From Styela clava (taxonomy: Eukaryota): a DNA stretch of 64,000 bases. Location of the stretch: the NCBI RefSeq assembly GCF_964204865.1, contig NC_135251.1:12214001-12278000 (forward strand), given 5' to 3'. Both the position numbers and the translations under genes were made by a program. The notes below the pieces were generated by a model. It searched no databases. It worked only from the letters and a program-made list of their open reading frames with translations, and was not told where the DNA came from. Below are positions 1 to 12,900 of the stretch, in pieces (position 1 is the first letter of the stretch; every line of letters begins with the position of its first letter).

Positions 1-968
1 GTCCACGCGGCGTCGCTACGTCGTCCCTGGAAACTGACTTCGGCCTCTCAATTGAATTTAACGGAAGAAAAGTCAGAATTGTCATCCCGTCATATTATAT
101 GTCAAAGGTATGTTGTTTTTGCAATCTTAAGCATAAAACACGTATTGTTATGGATATCAATATAAATACTTTTATGTATATACACTCTATATAAGGTGAT
201 TTGATTTGTGGATAGCTCTTGAAAAATTGGTTGTATCTTACTAATGTCGACTCTACCAAATAGAACTGCATTGGTGCGTTGGACATTTTCTTGCCGGTGT
301 GATTATATCATTGTTCAAGCATTGCTCGTGTCCGGGGCTGTGAACTGGTAATCGGACTTAAAAAAATTGACATAATCGTGAAATCGAGGTCTCATACTTA
401 AACTCCACCGGAATTTCGCAGTTGGAATATGAGACATTCTATGATGATAATCGAAGTCAGGATTCCCAACAGAAACTAAAAACTGTCAAGTTACTTGAAA
501 ATGTTCAAGAAACAAATTAAAACCCACTGCATATGCCGACGACTTTGTCAACAAAATTTGGTTTTCTCGAGTTAAAATTTAAAGCCGGAGTCAAACTTGA
601 GTTGAGACCTTGTTTCAGAGTTCAAATTGTTAACCAGGAATCGGAAGTTGTTTTATAAATCACTTAAAGTTTGGGAGTCGCGTCAGAAAAAAATATTTGC
701 AACCCACAGCCCCGCTCGTAACTAATAATGAGTGGTAATTCTAACAATATGATTCATGTAAGTAAAATGCCAAAATTGAGCATTTCTTCATTCAGATGAA
801 CGGTTTATGTGGAAACTTCAATGGAATTGGAACTGATGATTTTGTTACTTCTTCGGGTCTATCAACCACGGACATCAATGAATTCGGAGACAGTTACAGA
901 CTCGACACATGCACAGCTTCAACAACAACTACAGCGTTTACTTGCTCTCCCAAATTCGCCGCAAAATG
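1..968 (+). CDS. Exons <1-107 and 796-968: C-terminal part of a VWD (von Willebrand factor type D) domain
   Basis: Spliced translation PRGVATSSLETDFGLSIEFNGRKVRIVIPSYYMSK|MNGLCGNFNGIGTDDFVTSSGLSTTDINEFGDSYRL. Donor GTATGT at 108, acceptor TTCAG ending 795, donor GTAATT at 969. Confidence 0.9.
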
Positions 969-3900
969 GTAATTGTTTGAACAATACAAATTTTAACACC
1001 TATGTAACTTGGGGCTGAAAATATTATAATCTTTTAGATAAAAGTGTACATCTCTCAGACCATAAATATTGCAAGCTGATAATAGGGTAATGTAAGATTA
1101 TCCTCCATATGCTATTAATGGCTGTTTGATAGAGACTTGAGCACTCTCAAAACCGCATTATCTGAAAAAAAGCTATGTGTGAGCAAACATCACAAAACCA
1201 AACTAATTGGGAACAAGGGGGAACAACGTTTGTGGAAAAGGGGCGGAGTGGAATGTACCAGTAGTATTTAAAATATAAGAAGAGAAAGGTCACATGGCGT
1301 TGATAAAAAAAGTTTTGCCAATCAGGGCATAATTTAGTACAGGGGTTCTCAACCCTGATCATGTGGTAGGACAACACGAAACGGAGTCGAAAAGATGGCG
1401 AGCACCGTATCACCAATACCCAGAAGTGATCTATTCATGGACTCGTGCCATAGATCTGTAGTATCACCAATATTTCCGAAAAGATGTTCCAGGACCTTAG
1501 ACTTTCCAGGGGTTCGAAAACCCCCAGGAATTCACGAGAAGATTTACAGGGGTACTTGGATGGCAGTCGAGTTTTTGTGTGTGTGTGTTTTTTTAATATT
1601 CTTTAACAAAGGAAAACTAAGTAACTAGAAGATATAAATGCATGCCAATTGAAACTCAGCGTAGATTTTCCCTGATCTAGCCGTGATTTTGACACAACAA
1701 TGTGAATTGCACAGCTTTTCAGCCAAACTATGAAATCTCAAAAGACAAAGTGATGCGAGTATTGCAGAAAGTGAGAGAACTTGAGACAGATCCCTAGAAT
1801 TCATTAGTTAGGTGGAGGACAAGGACAATAACATCAACACGAATATTTAATTTAGTTAAAGCAGTTGGTCAATAAATTGTCGTTGCAACAAATTGTCAGT
1901 CAATATATCACAACTTTGTTTGGTGTCCGATTACTGGGAGTTAGCGTTGATTGTTTCGTGACTCGGGAAACATCAACACGAATATTTAATTTAGTTAAAG
2001 CAGTTGGTCAATAAATTGTCGTTGCAACAAATTGTCAGTCAATATATCACAACTTTGTTTGGTGTCCGATTACTGGGAGTTAGCGTTGATTGTTTCGTGA
2101 CTCGGGGGGTTCTTAACAGAAAAAAGTTGAAAACCCTTGATTTAGTACATATATCACATATATTACTTTTATTTCTAATTTGTTTTTACGAAGACGGGGA
2201 CTTTTATAGATACAGAATAATTCTAAAATAATGAAATAAATAAAACCGGAACAATAGCTTGTAAATATCATCTGTATTACCATTTTGTATTGCACTCTTT
2301 TTTTCTTTAACGTCTTTTATAGGTCGTCAACAAAATATTGCGGAAAGATTACAGATACAGCTGGGGCTTTCAAGAAATGTCACGTCGTCGTTTCACCGAC
2401 AGCCTTCTACGAAAACTGCGTCACAGACCTCTGCGAATCGGGCGGAGATATGGATATACTGGAGGCCGTAAGATTGAGTTTCTGTTTAGCAATGCCATGT
2501 AGTTCAAAAATACTACTTTGAGCCGCAATGCAAAAATGTGTAATACAAACTGTATAATATGCATTATTCTACAGCTAAAAATTATAAAGTTAGCTCGAAT
2601 TTAGACAAATTTGGAATTCGAATGACATTTGGAAGGAGATTCGTAATAACAGCATCCTTACCGAGGATTAGTTGAAAAAAATTTGTCGAAATATTCCTAA
2701 TCACGCTACGCTATGCTGAAGAAATGAAGATGGGAACAAGCTATAATATAGTGTAGGAAATGCGTTGTGCAAACGCGGGATAAGCGTAGTATAAACTTGG
2801 GACTAGCGTGGGACAAGCATAGGATTAGCATCGGAAAAACGTTGGTCTGCCATCGGGCTATCTTGAGACTAGTGCGGGACCAGTTTAGCTTGGGACGAGC
2901 GCGATACAAAATGATTCAAAACAATACAACAATAATTTTATACCAAATATATTCTAGATTGTGGCTGCTTATGCCAGAGAATGTAAATCAAAAGACGTTC
3001 GACTTTGTAAATGGAGAGAAGAAACAGGATTGAAAATGAAATGTACTGGAAGTAGTTATTATGATGGATGTGCGAGTCCCTGCATTAACACATGCAATGA
3101 TCTTGATGCAGTGGGAAAGTACGATATTTTAAGTAATTAAACTGTCTATAAATTAAAACAAATTATGGATATTTGAATGTTTTGGCCACGACTCTAGGCA
3201 AAATTTCTTAAAACATTGATTGCTTTGAAAAAGAGCTTCATAAAAACCTCATAAACAAAGCCAAAGCGCATTGAACTGGGCTCGGTGGCCTTGCAAATGA
3301 AGCGTTGGATGCAAACTATGTTGGTATCGCATGTAAATAAGGTTTGCAAACCGTGTGACCCATGGTGTAATAAAATATTAGATAATGCTGAACAGGGAAT
3401 ATTTCGGATCTTTAAATGAAATAGAATCTGCTTACGAGCTCATGGGTGCTTGTTAAAGGCGTTTTTTGTATGAAACTAATGTAAATATATCAGATTTCTT
3501 CATTTGAAATACTTTGTTTCAGTTGTGGAGTTCCAGGAACAGTTGGGAGATGTGTTTGCAGACTTGGATTCCTATTTGAGAACGGGAAATGTATCCCGAA
3601 AAGCCAGTGTGGTTGTCAAATCAATAACGCATATCAATCGAAAGGTATTTTGTCTTTCAAGCAATATTTGACCAGTTAGAATTTGATAACTGAGCTATTA
3701 TTCAACATTCAATATCCGACGTTCTAGCTTCATCAAGCATGATAGAATATGATTCACATATGTATCCGGGGGAGGGGGAGGAAAGCCGATAAGACGGTTT
3801 AATCCTATGGGAACCCATAGCCTCTCATGTTTGTTACCAGTCCATCTGGGTATGGACTTAGGTAATTAGCTCAACCCGCGTTCCAGATGCATGTACTTTA

Positions 3901-6900
3901 TGGTTGAGGGAGCCGCAACAGACCAACAGATATATGAATCATCCTACAACATCGCAGTTATGTCGCACGCATGTTATGTATTATCCTCATGTGGGATTTG
4001 AACTAAAGCCTCGCTGGATAAAGCAATGAAAGGCGAGAATATCGCACGGATTGAATTTGAAAATTCGATTGGAGTTTCTGCTAAATTTCTTAAGTTTCCC
4101 CTTTTTATTTGCAATAAAAAGTTAATTACAAAAACTTATTAGTTTTTAATTGAATTATTGTGTGAACAAAAATTGTTAAAATTTAGGTTATCAAATTGTA
4201 TCCAATGATTGCACAAAATCGACAACTTGCATGGGGATGAATCGTTTGAAAATAAAGTATACCAAAGGATGCAACAAAAACGAGATGTGCGTAGTTTTGA
4301 AAGAGTATGATTATAAACCGTTCTGTCAACGTGTGGCCACAACTACAACTGCTATGCCAACAACACCTATCAAAATTGATAATGGTAAGATTTGAAATTA
4401 TTCAATTTGACGTGGGGAACTAGTGATTCTTGAATTAAATAATCAGCCGTTTAAACGTAAAAATACTTGAGTGCAACGTTCCCTGTAAGAGCTTGCTTAG
4501 TTGCGCGGAATAGAAGGCCATGTGAGCTTTAAAAATACGGTCTGCGCGGAAAATTAGAAAAAATAGAAGTGAACACAACATTTTAATACTTAAGCAGTGC
4601 GCGGCAGAACGGAAGTACTGCGCGGAGATTCTCGGCCAGCTACGCGGCGCAGTTTAAAGGAAACGTTGCTGGAGTGTTCATGTAATTCATTTTGAGTTGG
4701 TTTTTAATAACATAACAACATAAAATCATAATCTCCAACATTTATCTTTTGAATTTTTCAGTTATTTGCAAGTTTTTCTGTTTTCTAGTTCCAGTGCAAA
4801 AATCGTTTGTAAGAACTGCCGTAATTTCTCTGACCAAAAGCATGGGAAGATCTCTGGAAAAACTGATGAACATCAAGTCAAAATCACAAAGTATGTTGTA
4901 CATATCACAATTAATTAAAAAATGATTTCAACTGATTATTTATATTCAATTTATTCAACAGAATTGGACAAAAATGAAATTGTGTTGAATGAGGCAGCAG
5001 AAGCTACATTAACAACAATTGTGAATCAATTAGAAAATGTCGATACAGATGCAGGTAATAATATTACATTGAATTTATCGTTTTCTGTTAATTTACTAAT
5101 TAAATATATACTCTAAAACAGTTAGTTAATTTTATTTGTATACAAGAATAAAAACATTTGGCTGTAATAATTTTAACAAACCATATTTTACTTTGCTTTT
5201 TTTTACAGCTATTTCCGAGGGTTTGAACAATTTGAAAAAAGTCAGCGTAATGATGAATGTACAGGAAAAAGTCAGCCAAATTGGAAACAGAGTTAAGGAA
5301 TATATTATGCAAGAAGAGACAAGTATGTTTATATATAGAAATTATGTGTCAATTTTGCATGCAAATTCCTTCTTAGTACTTTCATACTGTTTGTCTTTTC
5401 CCGAGTTGAGTATAACGGTTATTTTTTATTATGAAGGATATCATAATAAATTATGTAGATACTATATAATAGCTTGTAAAAAAAAGGCTTTTGAGTCCTT
5501 CCAGATAAATTGAGTTGCGGTTAAATTTCAAAACATGACCGAAATGGCGCCCCATTAATTTGTGTCTATTCGTAGTAAATCCCTATTGTTTCTTTGTTAT
5601 GATGAAAAAATTATTTACTTTCAAATAATTTTCCGTTTAGCACTAAATGTTAAGTTGGTCAAATTATAAATAGTTTTATGTATTTTCAGCTGAGACCGAA
5701 GTTACACCTGAACAAAAAGTTGGGTTGATTCTAAAAGTTACAAAGGAAGAAAAATTACCAGAAATTACAAGCGAAGTTCTCAAAGGTTGGGAACTTATTT
5801 TTAAATGTAATTTTTTGATACGAAAGGGCTGTGAAGGCACAATTAAGCTGCCAAAAAGAACTATTACCACTACCATTTATATAAAAAAAAAAAAAATAAA
5901 TTTATATAAAGAAATGCAGTCCAATATTATTAGAATTCTTACTATTTTACATAGTAAGACTATTTTAATCTGCCACTGTTCTTTCTATACTACCGGAAAT
6001 ATCTTTCCATTCTTTAGAACAAACAAAACCTAATTATCAAGTTATACTTACTTCATCAGACTCAAACTCAATCTGCATTCTTTTATCCAGAAGGTGTAAC
6101 AACAATAACAAAGTATGGAACTCCAGAACTAATATCAATCATGATGTCACGGGAAATTCAAAACAAAGTGAAGGGACAGTTAACTTCATACACTAGATCT
6201 GTGGAACGGAGTCTTGAGGAAAGTGCAATGGCGCTGGCAGGTTTGTTATTTTGCTTTGCTGTTAATAAATTCAAAAATACGTACCCAAATCTAACCAAGA
6301 TCTAATGTTCTTTAACTTTACTTTGTAGGAACCTGTGGTTTTGCCAAGTTGAGTTGCAGCCACGGTTGCGAAACAAAAAATGGAAAGTCGTTTTGCAATT
6401 GTCCACCTGGATACTCAATGCTTGATGAAAACGGAAAATGTTCCTTCATTGGAGGTAATTTGTGAAATCGTTGTACTACACAACTGTCATATATGATTTG
6501 TAATTGATCATAACCAATAGAATTATATTTTATTTTGAAATCATAAATTTGTGAATCAATGTTGTTGATAAATAAAAATGAAAAAAAAAAAAATTTATTA
6601 ACTTGATTTTATTATTATTATTATTATTAAGTTTCTGTCGAATTGACCGCGTCTATTTCATCTGTTCCCGAAAAATTAAAACCAAAGTTAACTATCTTGA
6701 AGAAGCTTGAAGATGAAAACAAAAGACTAGAAAGTCAACTTCCAGAAGAAAGTGAAGAAGAATTACAGTTGGCAGGTATATTCTCGCTCTATTATAGCAA
6801 ACATTTCCACCCAAAATACTCAAGGAAGCGTTAAGAAAATAAGTAATGCAGTGGTAATTATCCTATAAAAGTCCTCCGCAAATAAATTTTCTGGAACGGT

Positions 6901-9900
6901 AAACAGATACATGAAATACTATATGCGTATTACCTCTTGGGGGCCAAATGTGTTCCCACGTATAGAATAAACAAGGTTATCCAAAACAAAAAATGACTGT
7001 TATGGTTTTAATAAACTTTTGTAAAACAAAACAAAAAAGCATAGTGTTACTTTTTTTACTATGGTTAAGATGTTTGAACATATGATTTTAGTAGTGAATG
7101 TATTGTATTGGGACTTGTATAAAATATTTAAATTTTTCGATTCCCATTTACATTTTTGAACAGCTGCGATTGCCAATACAGTGGATGGCTCTGATACTAA
7201 CATAATTGAAGTACTTTCAACAACTCTACAGCAACAGCAACATGAAGCAAAGCAGCAAATAGTAGAAGCTTTGACAGGTATTTTTCGTTCAACGTTTTTA
7301 CAATGAAAATTTGTATTTATGATTGTGTACAGTTTGTTCTCATTGTATATTGTCTGCGAATCAAGCATTTTTTTTTAATTTTCAAAAAAGAGAAATTTCA
7401 AAATTTCAAAACAGTTTTTATTTGAAAAAAGGGGGTTCCTATTAAATTTGTCTTTAATCATAGTTTAAAGCAATATTCATCAAAATATTTTATTGAAAAA
7501 TTACGAATTAATCAAAAATATAAAAATAAGGTTTATCACACAAATTTTGTTCTATCGGGTTGAAGTCTACATATTGACTTTCATAGTGGCACTTGACGTT
7601 TTAGGGATTTGTTTTCGCAAGGTAAGTTTGGCAATCTCGAAGAGAACGCATATTGCAAAATCAAAACCTAGTTCTAGTTTGCGCTAATGATTTGGTTTCT
7701 GTGAGACTAACTACTTAATCCGTCGTCTATGGCTCTATGCTTTTGTGCCGGTGGATCCGTATGCATATAATGTAAGCAGGCTGTAGCAAGAGTGAAGATA
7801 ACTATTCTAAGTGATTCGCGAGTCTTGCTGCACACTAAAACGTTACAAAAATATATTTGTGCTAGTGTGCAGCAAGACTCTTGAAACACTTGGGGTAGTT
7901 CTTGTTATAGCCTTCAATAAATGAATTTTTGCACCTGCATATATATCAGCTTCTTCAGTATTATCATAACACGGAAAATTATACATTCAGCGAAAGATGA
8001 AGTGGACACAGCCAACAATGCGGCTAACATGGCACAATCAAATTACCTCATGTTTATGCTGAAATCAACTGAGCCCATGGATGAGTTATTGGAAGCTGAA
8101 GAGCAGATAGAGAAAGCAGGTATAAGTTTAATCCTTATAAAATATGGAAAGAAATTTAAAAATTAATTATTAAACGGACAAGGATAATTACAGATACACC
8201 GGAACAGAAAAAAATGCTTCAGGACAAACTTTCTTTCAAACAAATGAACACAATAACAAAACAAACTATGACAGAAACAGTGGATTCAATGTATAAAAAG
8301 ATCGCAGGTAAGGCAATCTCGGCAGAATCTTGCCGATGCATTATATTACTGATGCATTATACTATTATTTGAGGGGAGCTGATTTGGATGACCGTATATG
8401 GTCGTATCGGTCGATCCCGTCTTTACCAAAAAAACAATGTTCATTCATTGTTTGTATGCTTTTATTTATTTGTTCTTGGTTGACAAATCAATAAATCTCT
8501 CTCCCTCTTTCTCTATTTTATTATGTATTCACATCTCTCTGTGGTTCAGAATCTTCGTCTTCAATGAATTTGAAAGATATCGTAACTTTTATGGATGTTC
8601 ATGAAACTATTGAATCATCAGACAAAATCCTCAACGAAGTAACAGAACGTGCACCCGTAAAACTCGATGGTAATATTGAAAGTTATGTTTATTGAATTTG
8701 ATTTCACAAAATTATGCAGATTTTTATATTTTGTATGTTTTAAATTGACTGTTGTTTGTAACATTTCATGGTGGGTTTTTAAATATGTTTTCCTATTGTC
8801 AGATTTTGTTGATCAGATTGATGATAATGAAGATATTGTATCAGCTATTAGCCAGGTTCAATTTACTGAATTAAATGAAGTTTGGGAACAGCCACAAACA
8901 ATAGAGGAATTGGGAATGCCACAAGATGTAATAACAATGATTGAATCAGGTAAAAATTACTTTTAAATTGTATTTTGAATGAAGCGATTATCTTATCGCT
9001 CCAACCTGATTCATGCTTCGTTTTTTTTCATCTATACATTCGATATTTCTGAACATATATTCTTTTATTGAGTGATTCTATAACTACACATTGATTTGAT
9101 GCAATTTTACAAAATATAAAATTATATCACTTATATTACAGTAACTGGGAAGAAACTATCAACCATCCGACTAACTTCAATTACAAGTGAAGCCTCATTT
9201 CCCGACTTGCTGAATCCCGAATCTATTGTTCAAGCTGAGAGTATGTTGAAACTTACATATGTTTATTTTTTCCTATATGTCATATATTTTGATGAAAATT
9301 GCAAAATTTATGACACATATGAACTGCTGATAATTATATGTATTTTCAATAACCTTTTTTTAATATATAAACCATAATAATGTCAATATTTAATTGTATT
9401 GCCAATTGTTATAATCATAACAATGTGGATTTAAAATAATAATTTACTCATTATAGAGGCCAAAATAAGCGTTATTGAAGACGAATTGAAACAAGATCTG
9501 AAGTCTAAGATTGAAATGCAATTTGCTCTTATGCAAGAGAAAGAAAATTCTGGAGCTAAAGGTAAATGTACTTTCATTTGAACCTTTTCTTCAACTTTGG
9601 CAAATCCTTGCTGAGTTGCACGACATTACCCTCACTCAGTAAGAAGTTATTTTATTTGAGATTCTTCTAATTGACTATGTGAATTGGATGACTTTGCCTT
9701 CAAGGAATTGACATTTAATGATATCGGGAAGAGTTGAATTTTCAAGTTATTGAATTAAGAAAGATATTTTATTCATAAATATAGAGAGTGCACAAGATAG
9801 AATATTGGCGGCAATTCGGAAAGTAACAGTATATCGACTCATGTGTAATGAGCATTTAAATCATCTTATACAATAACATCAAATTTAAAATGTTGATTCA

Positions 9901-12900
9901 CACAAGTTCCATTCTTGCATTTGCAGGACCAGGGTACGATATGACAAAACAAATTAACATGCAACTGGGAAATACGCTTATGCAAGAATATGATGATCTG
10001 GTCAATGGACAAGTTCAAGGTAGGCTTATCTAATTTTGTTATTCATTATTTGTTGTTTTCGTGACTGATATATTTTTATAAATCCAAAATCAATTTATAA
10101 ATTAAACTATGAAGTTTGTTAGGGTAAATGATATTAAGAAAGTAGTGATGAATACCTTAGTTCTTACCTAAAACAGTTTCTTTGCATAATATGAAAAAAA
10201 AATCTGAATCGTAAATGTATTTTCCGATATATATTGTTTTTCAAATCAATATGCTAAGCTTCTTAAACTTGAATAAATTTGTTCCAAATTTTTTTGAAGA
10301 TGTGGAATCCACTCTCAAGAGACACATTCAAGTTTCGGCTTTGATGGAATTCAACAAAGAAGCAGATGACATCATTCAATCTCTGAAGAGTACAACAACA
10401 TCAAATGGTTTGTTCTGTAATAATAATGTTATAGATTTAAAAATTGAAGATGAAAAACATACTAATATTTGCTATTAAAGATAGTATAAATGATGCTGGG
10501 TTAAATATGGCTCCTTAATTGCCAATCATCATGTAATCAATAGTATGGTTGTTTATACCAATACTTTATCGGGTGATCTTCCTATAAACACATTGGATAA
10601 CATAATCGTGTTAACATAATCAAGTTTGTTCACCAAGTCCCGCTTAAGGCTTAACTTTGACCTCATTAGGGGTCAAAAGTTGAGACCACCGGTACTCGCT
10701 TTTCTATAAACTTCAAAGCATATCAGCTACTCAGCCAATAAATCACCTTATCTCTGATTTTATATTTTATAGTTCCTTCTGATGATGAAAACACAAAGTT
10801 GGTCATTCTGGAGAAAATGGAAAGAGACGAAAAGGATAAAGAACAGTTGATTCAAGCTTACGAAGAGATTAAACTCGGTGAGAATTAATTAATAAATAAC
10901 AATTGAAATTCGATGATGTTGGTACTTGATACCTTATCAATTATCAATTTTATGAAATTTCCTATTTTCTAGAATATCAACAATTTAAACTCTATCTTCA
11001 TTACAATTTTACTTTTCAAAAAATTTGATATGATATATGTTGATCATGATATTTTCATTGATATTTTACAGCTATGCTCATAATATAATGATTTTTTTTT
11101 AAACAGGAATAGGAAAAGATGTCTCTTCTGATTCTACAAGAATGGTTGTGAAACGAAGAGCAGTTAATTCAATGAAACTGCAGTTATCATTATTAGATGA
11201 AAAAATACAAAGCATGATCACTGAGGCTGCTGAAATTACGAGAGGTTTATAAATATATATATATCATATTGTGTTTTGAATTCAATAAAACTTCTGATGC
11301 ATGAAAGAGTCTCTATATGTATAAAGTATATATAGTTCAGTCACGTTCTCGCTGAGGACGCACAACCTTTTAGTTTTTTATGAGACATTTTTAACATTTT
11401 CAATTCGGAAAAAGCTGAGTGCAAGCAGCCACGGATATGTAAAGAACAACTATTTTTGCAAAGACTGAAATCCTTTCGGTACAGGATAGCTAACCCAATT
11501 TACCATTTCCATCTTTAGTTGAGGTGAACTTGGCGATAGGATCGAGATGTTGCGATAATTAGGCCTCCGAATCCAACATCCTTTTATCAACGTTCAACCA
11601 CTACTAGATTATCGCATTTAACTTTTGTATATGATTAATGACATTTAAATTACTCGTTACCTCATTATTTTAGGAAAATGTTCACTACAAGATAAATGCA
11701 TCTACGATTGCGATAAATTGACTGGGAAATGTACATGTCCTCTACATATGAAATTAGACTCTGATGGCAAATCTTGCTCTCCTGGTACGTTTTGCTAAAT
11801 TTGTATAGCACTCAGATATATTTTCAATCTATAAACTACATAAATCAATTTAAATAAAATTACTAGACGGGAAGTTTTGATCGAAGACTTTCCAAATCAT
11901 TTGTAAAAAAATTTGTTTTGTTTTTTCCAGTTCCTACAGAAGAACTTCAAGTTTCTGAAGCATCTCCAAGTTTAATGCAAATCATTTTAATCCATAAACA
12001 AGAAGCAGAAACAGTCAAACTTCTTGAAGACTCTATTTCTGAAGACATAACATCAGATGAGAAAGCTATTCTAGGTAAGTGCAATTGGATATGTCGATTA
12101 ATATGACCTTTGAATTTTGATCAACGTTATTGGCACATTCCTAAATATACCTAAAAACTAAAGATTGCATCGTCAATATAGCAAAAATGAAGTCATGAGA
12201 TACAAACAGAATGGAATATGCGAATGGAAATACACAACAAAGTTCCTTTCAATATGTAAACCATACTTTTAAATTTAGATTTCATAAAAGCAGAAGAATC
12301 CAAAGGCAAAAATCCGGATGACGTCACCCGAGTTCTTGTAAGTATGGAAGAGGTCAGGGCAGCAGATATGTACAAAAATGCTTTGAAATTAGGGGGCACA
12401 GAAGCTGGTGAAGATGTTGCATTGCAAAATAGTGGAGAAAAGTACGAAGAAGCCTTGATACTTCAAAATGTTCTGGATAAATCAAAGGCTTTGCAAGGAA
12501 TTGTTGAAGTGGTTACCAATGAAGGTAAAGCATTTTATTAAATATAGATGACTTGATATATTATATATGTAATGTTGGCATTTTAACAGCATATATGATG
12601 TAGAAAAGATAATATGATGCTCAACAGAAACACTTTTGAACGTCCAAATTTTTCACTTTTTATTTATCATGCTTCGTTAATAATATGACGCTTCACATAC
12701 CTTATTCTTTAGATGATGCTTTTGAAGATGGCTCAGCGATGACTCAAACCGTTGCCTATCTCACTGAAGCACGTATAGATAATGCAGTTCTCAAATTCAG
12801 TTATGAAAAGCAAATAGGTAATTTTGCTATTGCTATTGGTTCAAAATTCTGATGAAACAACTATTTTTATAATCTGTACAAGACAACTGCATTTATGTAC

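Noticed and set aside
2700-2910. GC-richer intronic patch with recurring gggac(a/t)ag motifs and ORFs 2706-2909 and 2767-3033
   Set aside because: Probably a decayed repeat. No TIR, TSD or coding signal could be established.
1-4384. Assigning a gene symbol (FCGBP, ZAN, TECTA, MUC, VWF)
   Set aside because: Only the generic VWD-C8-TIL assembly is shared; the remaining ~8,500 aa do not match those architectures.
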